DNA of 32,000 bases from Sinorhizobium meliloti (GCF_017876815.1 NZ_JAGIOS010000003.1:330001-362000), one strand, 5' to 3'; shown: positions 1 through 8,114, counted from the stretch's first letter. Notes: generated by a model not told the origin, from the letters alone. Translations and numbers: made by a program.

Positions 1-61
1 GTTGGCGACGACGTGTCCGCGGCGCGGATTCCGCCGCGGCACGCCGATTTCAGGACGCGGC

Positions 62-1156
62 TCAGCTGAGCTTGCCGATCATTCCCCTGACGAACCAGTT
101 CATCCCCCGGATGTCGGTATCCGAAAGAACCGACCCGGCAGCGACCTTGGTGTTGCCGTCCTGGTCCTTGAGCTCGCCGGCATAGGGATGGATCTTGCCC
201 GCTGCGATATCGGCTTCGAGCTGCTTCAATTTGGCCTGGATGTCGGCAGGGATCGCCTCGTTATAGGGGGCCATCTTGACCACGCCGGCGGCAAGCCCAT
301 CCCAACGCGCCTCGGCCTTCCAGGTGCCCTCCGCGACGCCTTTTGCGGCACGCAGATACTCACTGGACCAGTCGAGCGTAAAGGCCGTGAGTTGTTTGCC
401 GGAGCCGAACTTGGCCATGTCGCTGGCGTAGCCGATCGACCAGGCGCCGCCTTCGCCGGCCACCTGTACGCCGGTTGCCGTATCGGTCATCGAACAGATG
501 ACGTCGCAGCCTTGCGACAGCAGCGTATTGGCGGCTTCCTTCTCCTTGCCCGGGTCGAACCAGGAGTTGAGGAAGATGGCGTTGCAGGTGACCTCCGGAT
601 TGACGCTCTGCGCGCCGAGAAGAAGCGCATTCGCCGGCCCGACAATGTCCGGGATCGGGAAGCCGCCGATGAAGCCGATCTTGCCGGACTTGCTCATATG
701 CCCGCCGGCAGCGCCCGCGACGAAGGTGCCCTCGTAATATTTGGCCTCGAAGGTGCCGAGGTTTGCGCGGTGCACGATGCCCGAACAGTGTTCGAAGGCC
801 GTCTTGGGGAAGCGCGGCGCCACCTTCTGCATCGGCGTGCCGTGCGAGAAGCTGGTCCCGAAAATCAGCTGATTTCCCGAGGCGGCGAGCTCGCGGAAGA
901 CGCGCTCGGCATCCTGGGGCATGAAGATGTTGTCGATGACCGTTATGGCGACTTTGTCGCCGAATTCCTTCTTGATCGCGTCGACGCCCAGGCTGTGCTG
1001 TTTGGTCCAGCCAATCTCGGCGATCGGCGAGACATAGACGACGCCGATCTTGAGCGGCTCCTCTGCGCCCGCGAAGCTGGCAAGGCTTCCGGTTCCGAGT
1101 GCCACACCGGTCGCGCCGGAATATCGAAGGAATTGTCGTCTGGTCAGGTTGAACAT
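62..1156 (-). CDS. BMP-family (Bmp/PnrA-like) ABC transporter substrate-binding protein with a Tat-type leader
   Basis: 364-aa ORF. N-terminal twin-arginine leader TRRQFLRYSGATGVALG. The body resembles the basic-membrane-protein/nucleoside-binding SBP family (KIGVVYVSPI, GFIGGFPIPDIV, NSWFDPGKEKEAA). An SD-like AAAGGGG lies upstream of the ATG at 1156. Confidence 0.85.
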   Translation of the reverse strand: MFNLTRRQFLRYSGATGVALGTGSLASFAGAEEPLKIGVVYVSPIAEIGWTKQHSLGVDAIKKEFGDKVAITVIDNIFMPQDAERVFRELAASGNQLIFGTSFSHGTPMQKVAPRFPKTAFEHCSGIVHRANLGTFEAKYYEGTFVAGAAGGHMSKSGKIGFIGGFPIPDIVGPANALLLGAQSVNPEVTCNAIFLNSWFDPGKEKEAANTLLSQGCDVICSMTDTATGVQVAGEGGAWSIGYASDMAKFGSGKQLTAFTLDWSSEYLRAAKGVAEGTWKAEARWDGLAAGVVKMAPYNEAIPADIQAKLKQLEADIAAGKIHPYAGELKDQDGNTKVAAGSVLSDTDIRGMNWFVRGMIGKLS

Positions 1157-1209
1157 GGCAGTACCCCTTTGTCGGTTCGTGTCGTTTCTCCGGCTTGTGT
1201 CCGCCGGAT

Positions 1210-1980
1210 CTATTTCGTGGCGTGAACGTGGCGACCCGCGCCGGTCCAGCCGCTTTCTCCCGTTTTCCTGCGCGGCGCCGGCTTAGGCGCCTCGTCGGCT
1301 TTGCCGTCGAGATAGGGCTGAAGCGCCTCCCGCGGCGTCAGCTCCGGAAAGACCTGCCGATCCATGATATAACCGCGTACGACGCTGCGGTGATGGGTGT
1401 CGATCAGTTCCATGACGGGCTTCAGCCGGCCCTTTTCGAGCAGATCGATCACGCGCTGGTGGTCGTCCAGCAGATTGCAATAGTCGAAATCGGCGGAGAT
1501 CAGTGAGCGCAGGAGCGTGGTGCGCCGCACGAGCTGCGCGTGAATTTCCTGCATGACCTTGTTTCGGCTGAGGCGAACGAAGAGAGTATGAAACTCCTGG
1601 CCGAGAACGTCGGCAAGCGCGTCGTTGCCGGATGCGACGGCCTGGCGTTGCCGCTCCACGTGCTGGCGCAACTCGGCGAAGCCGGCGGGCCCGAGCCGGT
1701 CGCAGAGCTGGGCGGCGACGCCCTGTTCCACGAGCGTCAGCGCGTCGTATATCTCCATCGCCTCTTGCATGCTCGGGCGCGCGACGAAGGCGCCGCGATT
1801 GCGCTCGATCTGCGCCAGCCCGTCGTCGGCAAGCCTGATCAGCGCCTGGCGGATGACGATGCGGCTGACCTCGAAGATTTCCGCAAGTTCGCGCTCGCCG
1901 AGCTTGCATCCGGGTACGAGCCGGTGATCGATGATCGCCCGGGTCAGGATATCGGCAATCGCCTGCGAACGGCTGCTCAT
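1210..1980 (-). CDS. GntR-family transcriptional regulator (FadR/FCD subfamily)
   Basis: N-terminal winged HTH (LGERELAEIFEVSRIVIRQALIRLADDGL) followed by an all-helical FCD-like C-terminal domain. The ORF track starts at 1995 (MERPVMSS). The ATG at 1980 has a well-spaced GGAGAG SD, whereas the 1995 ATG has GGGAG directly abutting it. The start is therefore 1980 or 1995. Confidence 0.85.
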   Translation of the reverse strand: MSSRSQAIADILTRAIIDHRLVPGCKLGERELAEIFEVSRIVIRQALIRLADDGLAQIERNRGAFVARPSMQEAMEIYDALTLVEQGVAAQLCDRLGPAGFAELRQHVERQRQAVASGNDALADVLGQEFHTLFVRLSRNKVMQEIHAQLVRRTTLLRSLISADFDYCNLLDDHQRVIDLLEKGRLKPVMELIDTHHRSVVRGYIMDRQVFPELTPREALQPYLDGKADEAPKPAPRRKTGESGWTGAGRHVHATK

Positions 1981-2131
1981 GACGGGTCTCTCCATCTCCC
2001 GCAGAAAATCTGCGGGACGGTCGCACCGGAATGTTGCATGGCCACATATCCGGCGTTACGAATTCCATATCGGTATTCAATCAAATCAAGCTGTCAATCA
2101 AAAAACACGTTTTGCCATGCAAATTTTCATT

Positions 2132-2146
2132 GATTGGTATCCAATC
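2132..2146. promoter_or_regulatory. Candidate GntR operator: perfect palindrome GATTGG-TAT-CCAATC in an AT-rich divergent promoter region
   Basis: 6-bp arms with a 3-bp spacer, read directly from the sequence. It lies between the divergent GntR gene and the oxygenase operon. Flanking motifs are TCAATCAAA at 2078-2086 and 2094-2102, with a near-complement TTGATTGG at 2130-2137. Confidence 0.4.
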
Positions 2147-2211
2147 TTGTGGTTCCAATGAGTCCATCAAGGAGCTAGGTTCATCGGGAAGTGCTAGCCA
2201 GGGAGGGTGCG

Positions 2212-3078
2212 ATGAGCAGAACTGCCCTTTGTAGCGATCGAGTTCTTCTTAATGACTGGCATGTCGTTGCGGACCTGACGAACCTGTCGTCGACCGCGCC
2301 CTTTCACACCCGCCTGCTCGGTGTTGATCTCACCATCCACTGTGGTGGGCGCTATCGCCGACAGGTGGTTCGCAGCGATGGCGGCGAGCCGGTGAATTCC
2401 GACAGCCGTTACGGTTTTCTCTGGGCTTGTCTCGGCACGCCCGAGCGCGACATCGTCTTCGTGCCGGAGGCGAACGAGGCGGGCCGTTATCTCGTGACCG
2501 GTGGATCGATCGCCGTGAACGTCTCGGGGCTGCGCGCGGTCGAGAACTTCCTAGACATGGGGCACTTTCCTTTCATTCACACGGGCTGGCTCGGTGAGGA
2601 ACCGCACACCGAGGTCGCGCCCTACAAGGTCGAGCTTACCGACGCCGACGAGGTCATGGCGACCGAATGCAAGTTCTATCAGCCGGTCGCATCGCCAACA
2701 GCGAAGGAAGGCTTCGTCGTCGATTACATCTACAAGGTGATCCGTCCGTACACGGTGGCGCTTTACAAGAGCAATCCTGTTCATAAGGCGCGGCTCGACG
2801 TAATCACGCTCTTCGTGCAGCCGGTTGACGAGGAACGCTGCATCGCCCATCCGTTCCTCTGCTACCTGAAGGAAGGCGTCAGCGAGGCCTCGATCCGCAG
2901 CTTCATGCAATTGATCTTCGCCCAGGACAAGCCGATCCTGGAAAATCAGCTGCCGAAAAGGCTGCCGCTTGACCCGCGCGCCGAAACCCCGATCCGAGCC
3001 GATGCCGTTTCCGTCTATTACCGCCGATGGCTGCGCGATCGCGCGGTCACCTTCGGCGCGATCCCGGCCCGGATGTAA
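2212..3078 (+). CDS. Rieske-less oxygenase catalytic subunit (VanA/NdmC-like non-heme Fe domain), paralog 1
   Basis: Mononuclear-iron motif ENFLDMGHFPFIH (D-x2-H-x4-H) at nt 2542-2580. C-terminal FAQDKPILENQ motif (putative third Fe ligand Asp). The N-terminal ~100 aa keep Rieske-fold flanks (NDWHVV..., RYGFLWACLG) but lack the C-x-H...C-x2-H cluster ligands. ATG at 2212 is preceded by GGGAGGG. The ORF-track GTG start at 2191 is less likely. Confidence 0.8.
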   Translation: MSRTALCSDRVLLNDWHVVADLTNLSSTAPFHTRLLGVDLTIHCGGRYRRQVVRSDGGEPVNSDSRYGFLWACLGTPERDIVFVPEANEAGRYLVTGGSIAVNVSGLRAVENFLDMGHFPFIHTGWLGEEPHTEVAPYKVELTDADEVMATECKFYQPVASPTAKEGFVVDYIYKVIRPYTVALYKSNPVHKARLDVITLFVQPVDEERCIAHPFLCYLKEGVSEASIRSFMQLIFAQDKPILENQLPKRLPLDPRAETPIRADAVSVYYRRWLRDRAVTFGAIPARM

Positions 3079-3108
3079 CCGCCTTATGATCAGACGCCAT
3101 TCACGGAG

Positions 3109-4023
3109 ATGAACGACATGAGCCCGACCAAATGCCAGGACCAGGTGGTTCTCGATCTTTGGCACCCGCTGGCGGCGCTGGAGGAGATGCCGGCGAGGAC
3201 GGTTCAGGATACGGTGCTGCTCGAGGAACGCATCAGCTATGTCTCGGACGGCGAAGGCAAGGCGGCCGCCTGGCATTCGCGCCCGGAGCTCCCTGCCGGC
3301 AGCCGGGTCGATATCGATACGCTCGACGGCGGTCTTCCGGTCAAGATGGCCTACGGGTATATCTGGACCTCGCTGGGCACGCCGCCGGCCGAGCTGTTCG
3401 CGATTCCGGAATATGCGGAGTCTGACCGTCGCAGACTGAATGCTGCCAGCATCGGCGTCAATGTCTCGGCGCCGCGCGCGATCGAGAATTTCCTCGACAT
3501 GGGCCATTTCCCCTATGTCCACACCGACATTCTCGGAGCCGAACCGCACACGGAGGTCAAGGAGTACGACGTCGAGCTTTCGGTCGAGCGCGATGAGATC
3601 GTCGCCACGCGCTGTCGCTTCTTTCAGCCGATGGCCTCGACCGCATCGACCGGCGGTGCCGATGTCGAGTACATCTATCGGGTGCCGCACCCCTACTGCT
3701 CGGTGCTTTACAAATCCAGCCCCGTCGACGAGAGCCGCCTCGACGTCATCGCCGTTTTCCTTCAGCCGGTCGATCAGGAGCATGTCCGCGCGCATATGAT
3801 GCTCTGTGTCCTCGACGAAGAGAACGAAGACAAGGTGATCAAACGCTTCCAGCAAACGATCTTCGGCCAGGACAAGCCGATCCTGGAAAACCAGTTTCCG
3901 AAGCGTCTCCCGCTCGACCCGCGGGCCGAGACGCCGATCCGCGCCGACAAGTCTGCGATCGCCTACCGCCGTTGGCTCAGCCAGAAGGGCGTGACCTACG
4001 GGGTCATCCCGGCCGCCACCTGA
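3109..4023 (+). CDS. Rieske-less oxygenase catalytic subunit (VanA/NdmC-like), paralog 2
   Basis: IENFLDMGHFPYVH at nt 3481-3522 and FGQDKPILENQFPKRLPLDPRAETPIRAD. The latter is nearly identical at protein level, and partly at DNA level, to paralog 1. There are no Cys/His Rieske ligands in the N-terminal third. The alternative start ATG 3118 has better spacing to GGAG. Confidence 0.8.
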   Translation: MNDMSPTKCQDQVVLDLWHPLAALEEMPARTVQDTVLLEERISYVSDGEGKAAAWHSRPELPAGSRVDIDTLDGGLPVKMAYGYIWTSLGTPPAELFAIPEYAESDRRRLNAASIGVNVSAPRAIENFLDMGHFPYVHTDILGAEPHTEVKEYDVELSVERDEIVATRCRFFQPMASTASTGGADVEYIYRVPHPYCSVLYKSSPVDESRLDVIAVFLQPVDQEHVRAHMMLCVLDEENEDKVIKRFQQTIFGQDKPILENQFPKRLPLDPRAETPIRADKSAIAYRRWLSQKGVTYGVIPAAT

Positions 4024-4047
4024 CGTTTCAGAATTCTGGAGAGAACG

Positions 4048-5814
4048 ATGCTCGATACCGCCAAGACCAGATGGCATCCCGTTGCCGCATCCTATGATCT
4101 GCCGTTCCGCCACATCTTTCATGCCCAGTTGCTCGGCCGCGAGTTCGCCGTCTGGCGTGCCGACGACGGCTACGTCAATATCTGGGAGAACCGCTGTCTG
4201 CACCGCGGCGTCCGCCTTTCGATCGGCATCAACGATGGCCGTGAGTTGAAGTGCCAGTATCATGGCTGGCGCTATTCCAACCGCACCGCCGGCTGTACCT
4301 ATATTCCGGCGCACCCGGCCGACGCTCCGGCCCGCACCATTACCAACCGTACCTTTGCGAGCGTCGAGCGCTATGGCCTCGTCTGGACGGCGGAGGAGCC
4401 TCAAGGGGACGTGCCGGAAGTTACAGGCCTCGCCGAAGGCGATCTTCTCACCCTTCGCGGCATTCCGGTCAATGCGCCGGCCGATGTCGTGGTGGCGGCT
4501 CTGACAGGCTACCGCTTCCAGCCGAACGGCCGCCTCGAAGGCAGAGCGGCGGATATGTCGCTAAAGGCGAGCGACGGCTTCTCGGTGGCGCTCACGGCCC
4601 GCGAAGAGGGCGCCGAGACGCTTGCCGTGTTCTTCGTCCAGCCGGTCGACTCCAACCGTTCGGTCATCCGCGGCGTACTCGATTCCTCGCCGCGCGGCGC
4701 CGAGCGGCTTACCGTCCTGCACCACCACAACGAACGGCTTTCGAAGCTTCGCGAGATCGTGGAGCGCGAGGCTCAAGCCGCACCGCAGCCGGCGCCGCTC
4801 GAGCCGGTGATCGAGCGCGTTTCGCCGGAACTGGCCGAGCTGCCGGAGATGACCGCCCACGGCCGCAAGGCGACGATCCGTGTCACGGTCGCGCGAAAGT
4901 GGATGGCCGCGGACGGGATCGCGGCGTTCGAGCTTCGCCCGATCAAGGGCCTGCTGCCGACTTTCCAGCCCGGCGCCCATATCGACGTGCACATGCCGAA
5001 CGGGCTGATCCGGCAATATTCGATCACCAATGGCCCGGGCGAAAGCGACAGCTACGTCATCGGGGTCAAGCTGGAACGGGAATCGAAGGGCGGCTCGCGA
5101 TGCATGCATGAGACGCTTCGCGAGGGCGACGTCCTGGCGATTTCGGAGCCGCGCAACAATTTCCCGCTGCGTCGCGATGCCGAGAAGACGATTTTCGTCG
5201 CCGGCGGCATCGGCGCCACGCCGCTGATTGCCATGGCACAGGCTCTTAAGAACCAGAGCCTGGACTTCGCCTTCCACTACTTCGCCCAGAACCAGGCACA
5301 GCTCGCCTTTCCGGAAAAGACCGCTCTCCTCGGCGAGGCGCTGAAGCCCCAGCTCGGGCTCGACCCGGAAGGGACTGCCGCTAAGCTCAAGGACATTCTT
5401 TCCGGGTATCGGCCCGGCATGCATGTCTATCTCTGCGGTCCGGGGCCTATGCTCGAGGCGGCGCGCCGGATCGCTGCGGAGGTCGGCTGGCCGGAAACTG
5501 CGGTGCATTTCGAGTATTTCAAGAACACCAATACGATAGACGACAGTTCGAGCTTCGAGGTGGCGCTGGCGCGCTCCTGCGTGACATTTAAGGTGCCGGC
5601 CGGCAGGACCATCCTCGATGTGATGCGCGAAGTCGGGATCGACATGCCGTCATCCTGCGAGCAGGGTGCCTGCGGCACCTGTCTTGCGACCGTGATCGAG
5701 GGTGAGCCCGATCACCAGGACGTCTATTTGAACGACGCCGAGCGCAAGTCCGGCACCAAGATCATGACCTGCGTGTCGCGCGCCAAATCCGCGCGCCTCG
5801 TCCTCGATCTCTAG
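4048..5814 (+). CDS. Fusion protein: N-terminal Rieske [2Fe-2S] domain + degenerate oxygenase-like middle domain + phthalate-dioxygenase-reductase-type module (flavin/NAD(P)H binding + plant-type [2Fe-2S]); NdmD-like
   Basis: Rieske ligands C50-L-H52 (CLHRG) and C69-Q-Y-H72 (CQYHGW). FNR-family motifs RQYSITN and GGIGATP. C-terminal ferredoxin motif CEQGACGTC plus a downstream Cys (IMTCVS). GGAGAG SD before the ATG at 4048. Confidence 0.85.
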   Translation: MLDTAKTRWHPVAASYDLPFRHIFHAQLLGREFAVWRADDGYVNIWENRCLHRGVRLSIGINDGRELKCQYHGWRYSNRTAGCTYIPAHPADAPARTITNRTFASVERYGLVWTAEEPQGDVPEVTGLAEGDLLTLRGIPVNAPADVVVAALTGYRFQPNGRLEGRAADMSLKASDGFSVALTAREEGAETLAVFFVQPVDSNRSVIRGVLDSSPRGAERLTVLHHHNERLSKLREIVEREAQAAPQPAPLEPVIERVSPELAELPEMTAHGRKATIRVTVARKWMAADGIAAFELRPIKGLLPTFQPGAHIDVHMPNGLIRQYSITNGPGESDSYVIGVKLERESKGGSRCMHETLREGDVLAISEPRNNFPLRRDAEKTIFVAGGIGATPLIAMAQALKNQSLDFAFHYFAQNQAQLAFPEKTALLGEALKPQLGLDPEGTAAKLKDILSGYRPGMHVYLCGPGPMLEAARRIAAEVGWPETAVHFEYFKNTNTIDDSSSFEVALARSCVTFKVPAGRTILDVMREVGIDMPSSCEQGACGTCLATVIEGEPDHQDVYLNDAERKSGTKIMTCVSRAKSARLVLDL

Positions 5815-5824
5815 GAGCTGCCCG

Positions 5825-6472
5825 ATGATCACCCTCTACGATTACGAACTCTCGGGCAACTGCTACAAGCTCAGACTTCTGATGAGCATGCTCGGCATCG
5901 AGTACAAGACGGTACCGGTCGATTTCTATCCCGGCCGCGAACACAAGTCGGATTGGTTCCTGAAGCTCAATCCGCTTGGACAACTCCCGGTGATCGAGGA
6001 TGACGGACTGGTGCTGCGCGACGCGCAGGCGATCCTCGTCTACATCGGCTCCAAATATGATCCTTCCGGCACCTGGTATCCGCGTGACAACCCGGCGCTG
6101 CTCGGCGAGATCAGTCAGTGGCTCGCCTTTGCGGACGGGATCACGGGCACGGCTTCGGCCGCGCGTCTCCATGACGGCCTGTTCTACGAACTGGACGTCG
6201 AGGCGGCTCGGGCCGGTGCGCATAGGCTGTTTCGCATCCTCGACGAGCATCTCTGGTTCGGCGAGCAGGAAGGGCGCGACTGGATCTGCTCGGCCCCACA
6301 CCCGACCGTCGCTGACATCGCCTGTTTCCCCTACATCATGCTGTCGGAAGAGGGGGGCATTCCCCGGCAGGACTATCCGGCAATCCGTCGTTGGTGCGAT
6401 CGCCTCAAGCGGATCAAAGGCTTCACGGTCATGTCGGGGATTTTTCCTGCCGGCCCGGCGCGTGCCGCTTGA
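5825..6472 (+). CDS. Glutathione S-transferase family protein (positional NdmE analogue)
   Basis: 215-aa ORF with a thioredoxin-like N-terminal domain (LYDYELSGNCYKLRLLMSMLGIEY, LNPLGQLPVIEDDGLVLRDAQAILVYI) and a helical C-terminal domain. It starts 10 nt after the reductase stop, and an AGGAG overlaps that stop. Confidence 0.85.
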   Translation: MITLYDYELSGNCYKLRLLMSMLGIEYKTVPVDFYPGREHKSDWFLKLNPLGQLPVIEDDGLVLRDAQAILVYIGSKYDPSGTWYPRDNPALLGEISQWLAFADGITGTASAARLHDGLFYELDVEAARAGAHRLFRILDEHLWFGEQEGRDWICSAPHPTVADIACFPYIMLSEEGGIPRQDYPAIRRWCDRLKRIKGFTVMSGIFPAGPARAA

Positions 6473-6672
6473 GGGCGTTCCAGCGACTGGATTGCGTGCG
6501 TCGATACGGCGAGGTCGCGCAGTCGACATCCGTACGGCGCTCGCATTGGTGGAGCGGCAACTCCGCCTGAGGAGGCGGGAACCTCTCACAGCGCATGCAC
6601 GCTATCGCCGCCGCCCACGGAGCGGAACCCTCCCGATTGCGCCAATGACAGTTCCTGCGGGGCCGGTACGCC

Positions 6673-7785
6673 CTACGGCAGAACTGCCGCGATCGCTTCG
6701 GCCAAGCGATCGACATTCTCGATCCGACAAGTCTCGCCCATCAGTCCGATGCGCCAGATGCGCCCGGCGAGCGGCCCGAGTCCTCCGCCGATCTCGATCC
6801 CGAATTCGTCAAGCAGCCGTCTTCGCTCGGGCACGTCCTTCACGCCTTCCGGGAGCCAAACCGTATTCAGCTGCGGCAGTCGGTGCTCCTTGTCGACGAC
6901 TAAGGCGATGCCCAGCCCTTGTAACCGTTCGACCAGCCGGTCATGGGCGGCGCGGTGACGCGCCCAGGCAGTCTCCAAGCCTTCGCCCAGCAGGCGGGAA
7001 AGGCTTTCGTGCAGGCCGTAAAGCGCATTGACCGGCGCGGTGTGGTGATAGGATCTGGCACCCTCCCCCTCCCAGTACCCAAGCATAAGACCGAGATCGA
7101 GGAACCAGCTCTGGATTGGCGTCTTGCGCGCCTTCACTGCCGAGACGGCGCGATCGGAAAAGGTGATCGGCGCAAGGCCTGGCGGCGCGGACAGACATTT
7201 CTGCGTACCGGCATAGACGGCGTCCGCCTGCCATTCGTCAACCGACACCGGAATCCCGCCGAGGCCCGTAACGGTATCCACGACCGACAGCAACCCCGCT
7301 TCGCGCGCGAGGGCACAGAGGGAGGCCGCATCCGATCGCACTCCGGTCGAAGTCTCCGCGTGCACGAAAGCGAGCAGCTTGGCCTGCGGTGCCTCCAGAA
7401 TCGACGCGCGAACCGCCTCGGGGTCAACAGGCTTGCCCCATTCGACGGAAACCAGCCGTACCTCCGCGCCCGCGCGCCGGGCAATTTCGGCCATGCGTCC
7501 TCCGAACACGCCGTTTTGCGCGATGATGGCGGTGTCGCCTGGCTCGAGCAGCGTCACCAACGCCATCTCCATGGCGAGCGATGCCGGGGCCGATAGGGGG
7601 AAAGTCACACGGTTATCTGTTCGGAAAGCGAGGCGGAGTTGATCCTTGATGCGGTCCATCAATCCCACGAAGCTGGGGTCGAGATGGCCGATCGTCGGTC
7701 GCGCCTGTGCCGCGAGCACTTCCGGCGAGACGTTGGAGGGACCGGGGCCCATCAGCAGGCGGGGCGGCGGGGAAAAAGCATTCAT
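6673..7785 (-). CDS. Class V PLP-dependent aminotransferase (serine/alanine-glyoxylate or AEP-pyruvate aminotransferase-like)
   Basis: N-terminal LLMGPGPSNV. Putative PLP-lysine context AVYAGTQKCLSAPPG. HAETSTGV motif. Typical length of 370 aa. Confidence 0.85.
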   Translation of the reverse strand: MNAFSPPPRLLMGPGPSNVSPEVLAAQARPTIGHLDPSFVGLMDRIKDQLRLAFRTDNRVTFPLSAPASLAMEMALVTLLEPGDTAIIAQNGVFGGRMAEIARRAGAEVRLVSVEWGKPVDPEAVRASILEAPQAKLLAFVHAETSTGVRSDAASLCALAREAGLLSVVDTVTGLGGIPVSVDEWQADAVYAGTQKCLSAPPGLAPITFSDRAVSAVKARKTPIQSWFLDLGLMLGYWEGEGARSYHHTAPVNALYGLHESLSRLLGEGLETAWARHRAAHDRLVERLQGLGIALVVDKEHRLPQLNTVWLPEGVKDVPERRRLLDEFGIEIGGGLGPLAGRIWRIGLMGETCRIENVDRLAEAIAAVLP

Positions 7786-8114
7786 CAGAGCATTCCTCTG
7801 CCGGCGGTCCCGGCGCGTTTGTTGCCGGGAGAAAGATGCAAGCAGAGGCGGCGTTAAGTAAAGTTTAGTTTATTTAGAAGTTCGATAAGAAAATTTTATC
7901 CACGCCAGCCATTGCAGGTGCGCCCTTTGGAGCCGTTTTTCAGGCGAGATCGACGCATCGGCCACCAGGTTCCAGCCGCTGCCGCAGATCCCGAGCCGAG
8001 GCGAACAAGTCGGGCAAAACCCAAGGCCAAGGAAAATGGTAAGGAAGCGTCGCCCGCTGGTTTCTGCTAAGCTCTGAAACGTGTGAACTTTGACTAGCAA
8101 AGGCGGGGCTTCCA

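Noticed and set aside
17-39. GC hairpin CCGCGGCG-N7-CGCCGCGG just downstream of the BMP SBP gene (minus strand)
   Set aside because: It has no U-tract and sits at the window edge, where the next transporter gene probably begins. It cannot be interpreted without the flanking sequence.
2-1225. 407-aa plus-strand ORF covering the BMP SBP gene, and ORFs 5762-6589(-), 6000-7031(+), 20378-21073(-) and 31065-31865(-)
   Set aside because: All are antisense or overlapping shadows of better-supported genes in a high-GC background. They have no family signatures.
2212-4023. Possibility that the two Rieske-less oxygenase genes are decaying pseudogenes or mis-started genes
   Set aside because: Both ORFs are intact, keep the full Fe-ligand set and share long conserved blocks. 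No coding space exists upstream for a missing Rieske domain. The missing domain is supplied in cis on the next gene, as in NdmCD.
2551-4404. 617-aa ORF on the minus strand, the longest antisense ORF near the oxygenase genes
   Set aside because: It lies entirely antisense to two plus-strand genes that carry strong family motifs. Its translation is Arg/Ala/Gly/Asp-rich with no recognisable domain. This is a typical high-GC antisense artefact.
6473-6672. Terminator between the convergent GST and aminotransferase genes (small hairpin CTCCGCCT-GAGG-AGGCGGG at ~6561-6579)
   Set aside because: The stem is only about 6 bp plus a wobble pair, with no U-tract on either strand. This is too weak to call.
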